Positions 61,634 through 64,000 of a DNA stretch of 64,000 nucleotides are shown here, piece by piece (the stretch's first letter is position 1; every line of letters begins with the position of its first letter). The stretch is from contig OX597833.1 in the NCBI GenBank assembly GCA_951406725.2, positions 53,568,001 through 53,632,000 on the forward strand. Reading direction: 5' to 3'. The notes beneath the pieces are model-generated. The model made no database searches and was not told the origin of the DNA. It saw nothing but the letters and a program-made list of their open reading frames with translations. Made by a program: the position numbers and the translations under genes. The DNA comes from Octopus vulgaris (lineage: Eukaryota).

Positions 61634-63124
61634 ATATAAAGAGCTAGTTTTGTTGATGGTGGGAGTTAAGATTTAGACAGATCTAGCGAATCCAATGGCG
61701 TTCAACGATTCAAATACCGAGACTTACAAAGAAAAAAAGAAAACAAAAAACAAACAAAAAGACCCCCAACTCTTTTTCCTGTTTCAGTACCCTGTAGTGG
61801 AGGTACTGCCACCTCAGTAATTATTTTTTTCAAAGTCTGCTACCTTTATCGATCTCTTCCGCTGAACAGCTAAGTTACAGGAACGTAACTGTCAAGCGGT
61901 TTATGTGTGTGTGAGGAGAGGAAGAAGGCAAAAATCGCAAAGACAGACTTACGTAATGCATACATACATACGACGGGCTTGTCCACTTTCTGCCAACTAA
62001 ATTAACTCTCAAGGCATTGGTCACCTTGGGACTATAGTAGGAGACATTTGCCCGAAGCTCCATGCAAGTCAGACCGAACACAAAATCATGTAGTTGCGAA
62101 GCGAACTTCTTAACCTTGTGGCTTTTAACGAAAAAACGTGTTTATACCCCTTTGTCGAACAACAAAATAATAAAAATCTATCCTGAATTCATTAAACATG
62201 GTAATTTGTCCACCCACCCTTGAAAAAGGTAATCCACATTAGTGAGGAAAAGCGTTATTTTAAGAAAAAAAGCTATTAAAGAAAAAAAATTGTTATCAAC
62301 GAATTGATCACTGTAGGCATTGTTAGATGGGGCCATGCTGGGTGGGATACTGCCAAGAAGGGCATTAAGTAGAGTCGACTATGTTGACCTCTGAAAGGAT
62401 GAAAGGTAAAGTCGACCCAGATGGAAGACTTTCAGATCTAGACATAAGCAAATACGAAAAGGTAGGGCCACCAGAGCAGCATTATAGGCCCTCGAGCGAG
62501 GTACAACATACATAGATCATAACTGGGCTTCTAGATCATTGAGCCCGTTCCCACCTTAATCCTGAGGCGATTGCTCAGTGTACCCATGCTTTAGGGTGGC
62601 ACTGCTAAAAGGTGGTTTTCTCCGGCGCTCAGCTGATCCGGCGAATCAAACTGTCTTTCCAGGTGAAAAGTTAATTGAAAATTCAGTTTGAGTCGAAGTC
62701 AAAAAGCTGCTGCAGGAAAACTAATTGATAAGCGAGTACACATTAAGAACTACTTATTTGGAAACTATGCTTAGTTACTAAAAATAAACATCAGCTCTCT
62801 GTGAAAGCTTGATTGAACAGAACAAAGTCCCCGCCCTCTTCTCTTTCACACACACATACCGCTTAATGTTTTTGTGATATATGTTAACCTATTTTTTCGA
62901 GGGAAAATGAAATTGTCAGCAAGCTCAGCAAACCTGATCGAACGACGATCAAACGAACTGCTAGAAATAGTAGCCAAAAGTCCATCAGATTGCACCCTAT
63001 ATATCGTCTTAGAGAAGGTCATCGGATGATGTGGCCTTGAGTGCACTGTGTATGGAGGGAGGAAAGACGTGATGGCCAGGACAGGAAAGCCTTTTATTAT
63101 AAGTCTGTTCAATCAAGAATTTCT

Positions 63125-63325
63125 TTCTACTACCAAGAGAAGGTCTGAAGGTTTGGGGGAAATGGATAATCAATTACATCAACCGTAGTGTTCGACTGGT
63201 ACTTATTTTATTGACCCCCCAAAAAAGGTGAAAGGCAAAGTCGACCTCGACGGAATTTTGAACTCAGAACGTAAAACCGAAAGCGTTTTGCCCTTTGTCC
63301 TAACGATTTTGCCAGCTTGCCGCCT
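63125..63325 (-). mobile_element. Older SINE B variant
   Basis: Reverse B central domain and head. Confidence 0.65.
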
Positions 63326-63686
63326 TTGTTGAATCAAAGAACAAAACCCCGGTTAAACAGCACCAGTTTGGTAAATAAATAACATCAGGGAGCAAAAACC
63401 CAGTTCCTACCTCTCGGCTTGCTCCTTGCCATCTCGGCTCAAGAAGCTTCAAGTAAGAAACATTCTCTTGGCCGTTATAAACTCAGCTTCGGTCTTAACA
63501 AGTGGCCCAAAAACTTCATCGTAGGTCTGAGCTAGGGCTAAACAAATAACAACAGACCTCATTAAACAATACTCCCAACCTCCGCTTACAACGAAGATCA
63601 GTTTGTTGTGTCCACAAAAAAGCCTTCAAATACTTCGATTATATGTCTTGTTTTGTGGACAGGCTGTTCTAGATTACACAAACGCG

Positions 63687-63687
<1 letters not shown>

Positions 63688-63756
<69 letters not shown>

Positions 63757-63760
63757 ATAT
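63688..63760. repeat. (TA)n microsatellite
   Basis: Direct reading. Confidence 0.9.
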
Positions 63761-64000
63761 AAATAGAAATAAAACCCTCTGACACCGACGTCAGTGGATG
63801 AATGGCAGAGGAAAAGTTATTGTGCAATGAAAAACGTACATTAATGAAATGAAATAAAAGAAAAGAAAAGGCAAAACAAGAAACAATCTCGTATGAATTC
63901 TTATCTGCCAGAGAGATATGACGTACATATATATATATATATATATATATACATACACACACACACACACATATATATATACAAACACACACACATATAT

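Overview
AT-rich, repeat-dense animal genomic DNA; the SINE/RTE repertoire suggests a coleoid cephalopod (Octopus-like), which is an inference. One clear protein-coding gene: a 1912-aa AF4/FMR2 (AFF/lilliputian) super-elongation-complex scaffold encoded by a single uninterrupted 5.7-kb ORF (29249-34987, minus strand), with apparently doubled ELL-binding and AF9/ENL-binding motifs. The rest is a layered TE landscape: three tRNA-headed SINE families, RTE and CR1 LINE 3' fragments, a decayed mariner, piggyBac-, pogo- and Merlin-like MITEs, four non-autonomous Helitrons plus a Helentron-type element, minisatellites, and very long (TA)n and (CATA)n tracts. The most notable hidden element is a 384-bp insertion (12688-13071) bounded by a 15-bp target-site duplication. 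It carries a 28-bp perfect fold-back and a minimal type-I hammerhead-ribozyme fold (Penelope-like pLTR/retrozyme candidate). Other highlights are a one-way SINE orientation bias over 20 kb upstream of the gene, an inverted MITE pair, and a local duplication that supplies reciprocal empty insertion sites. Family names A/B/C/D are my working labels; repeat boundaries without TSDs are approximate.
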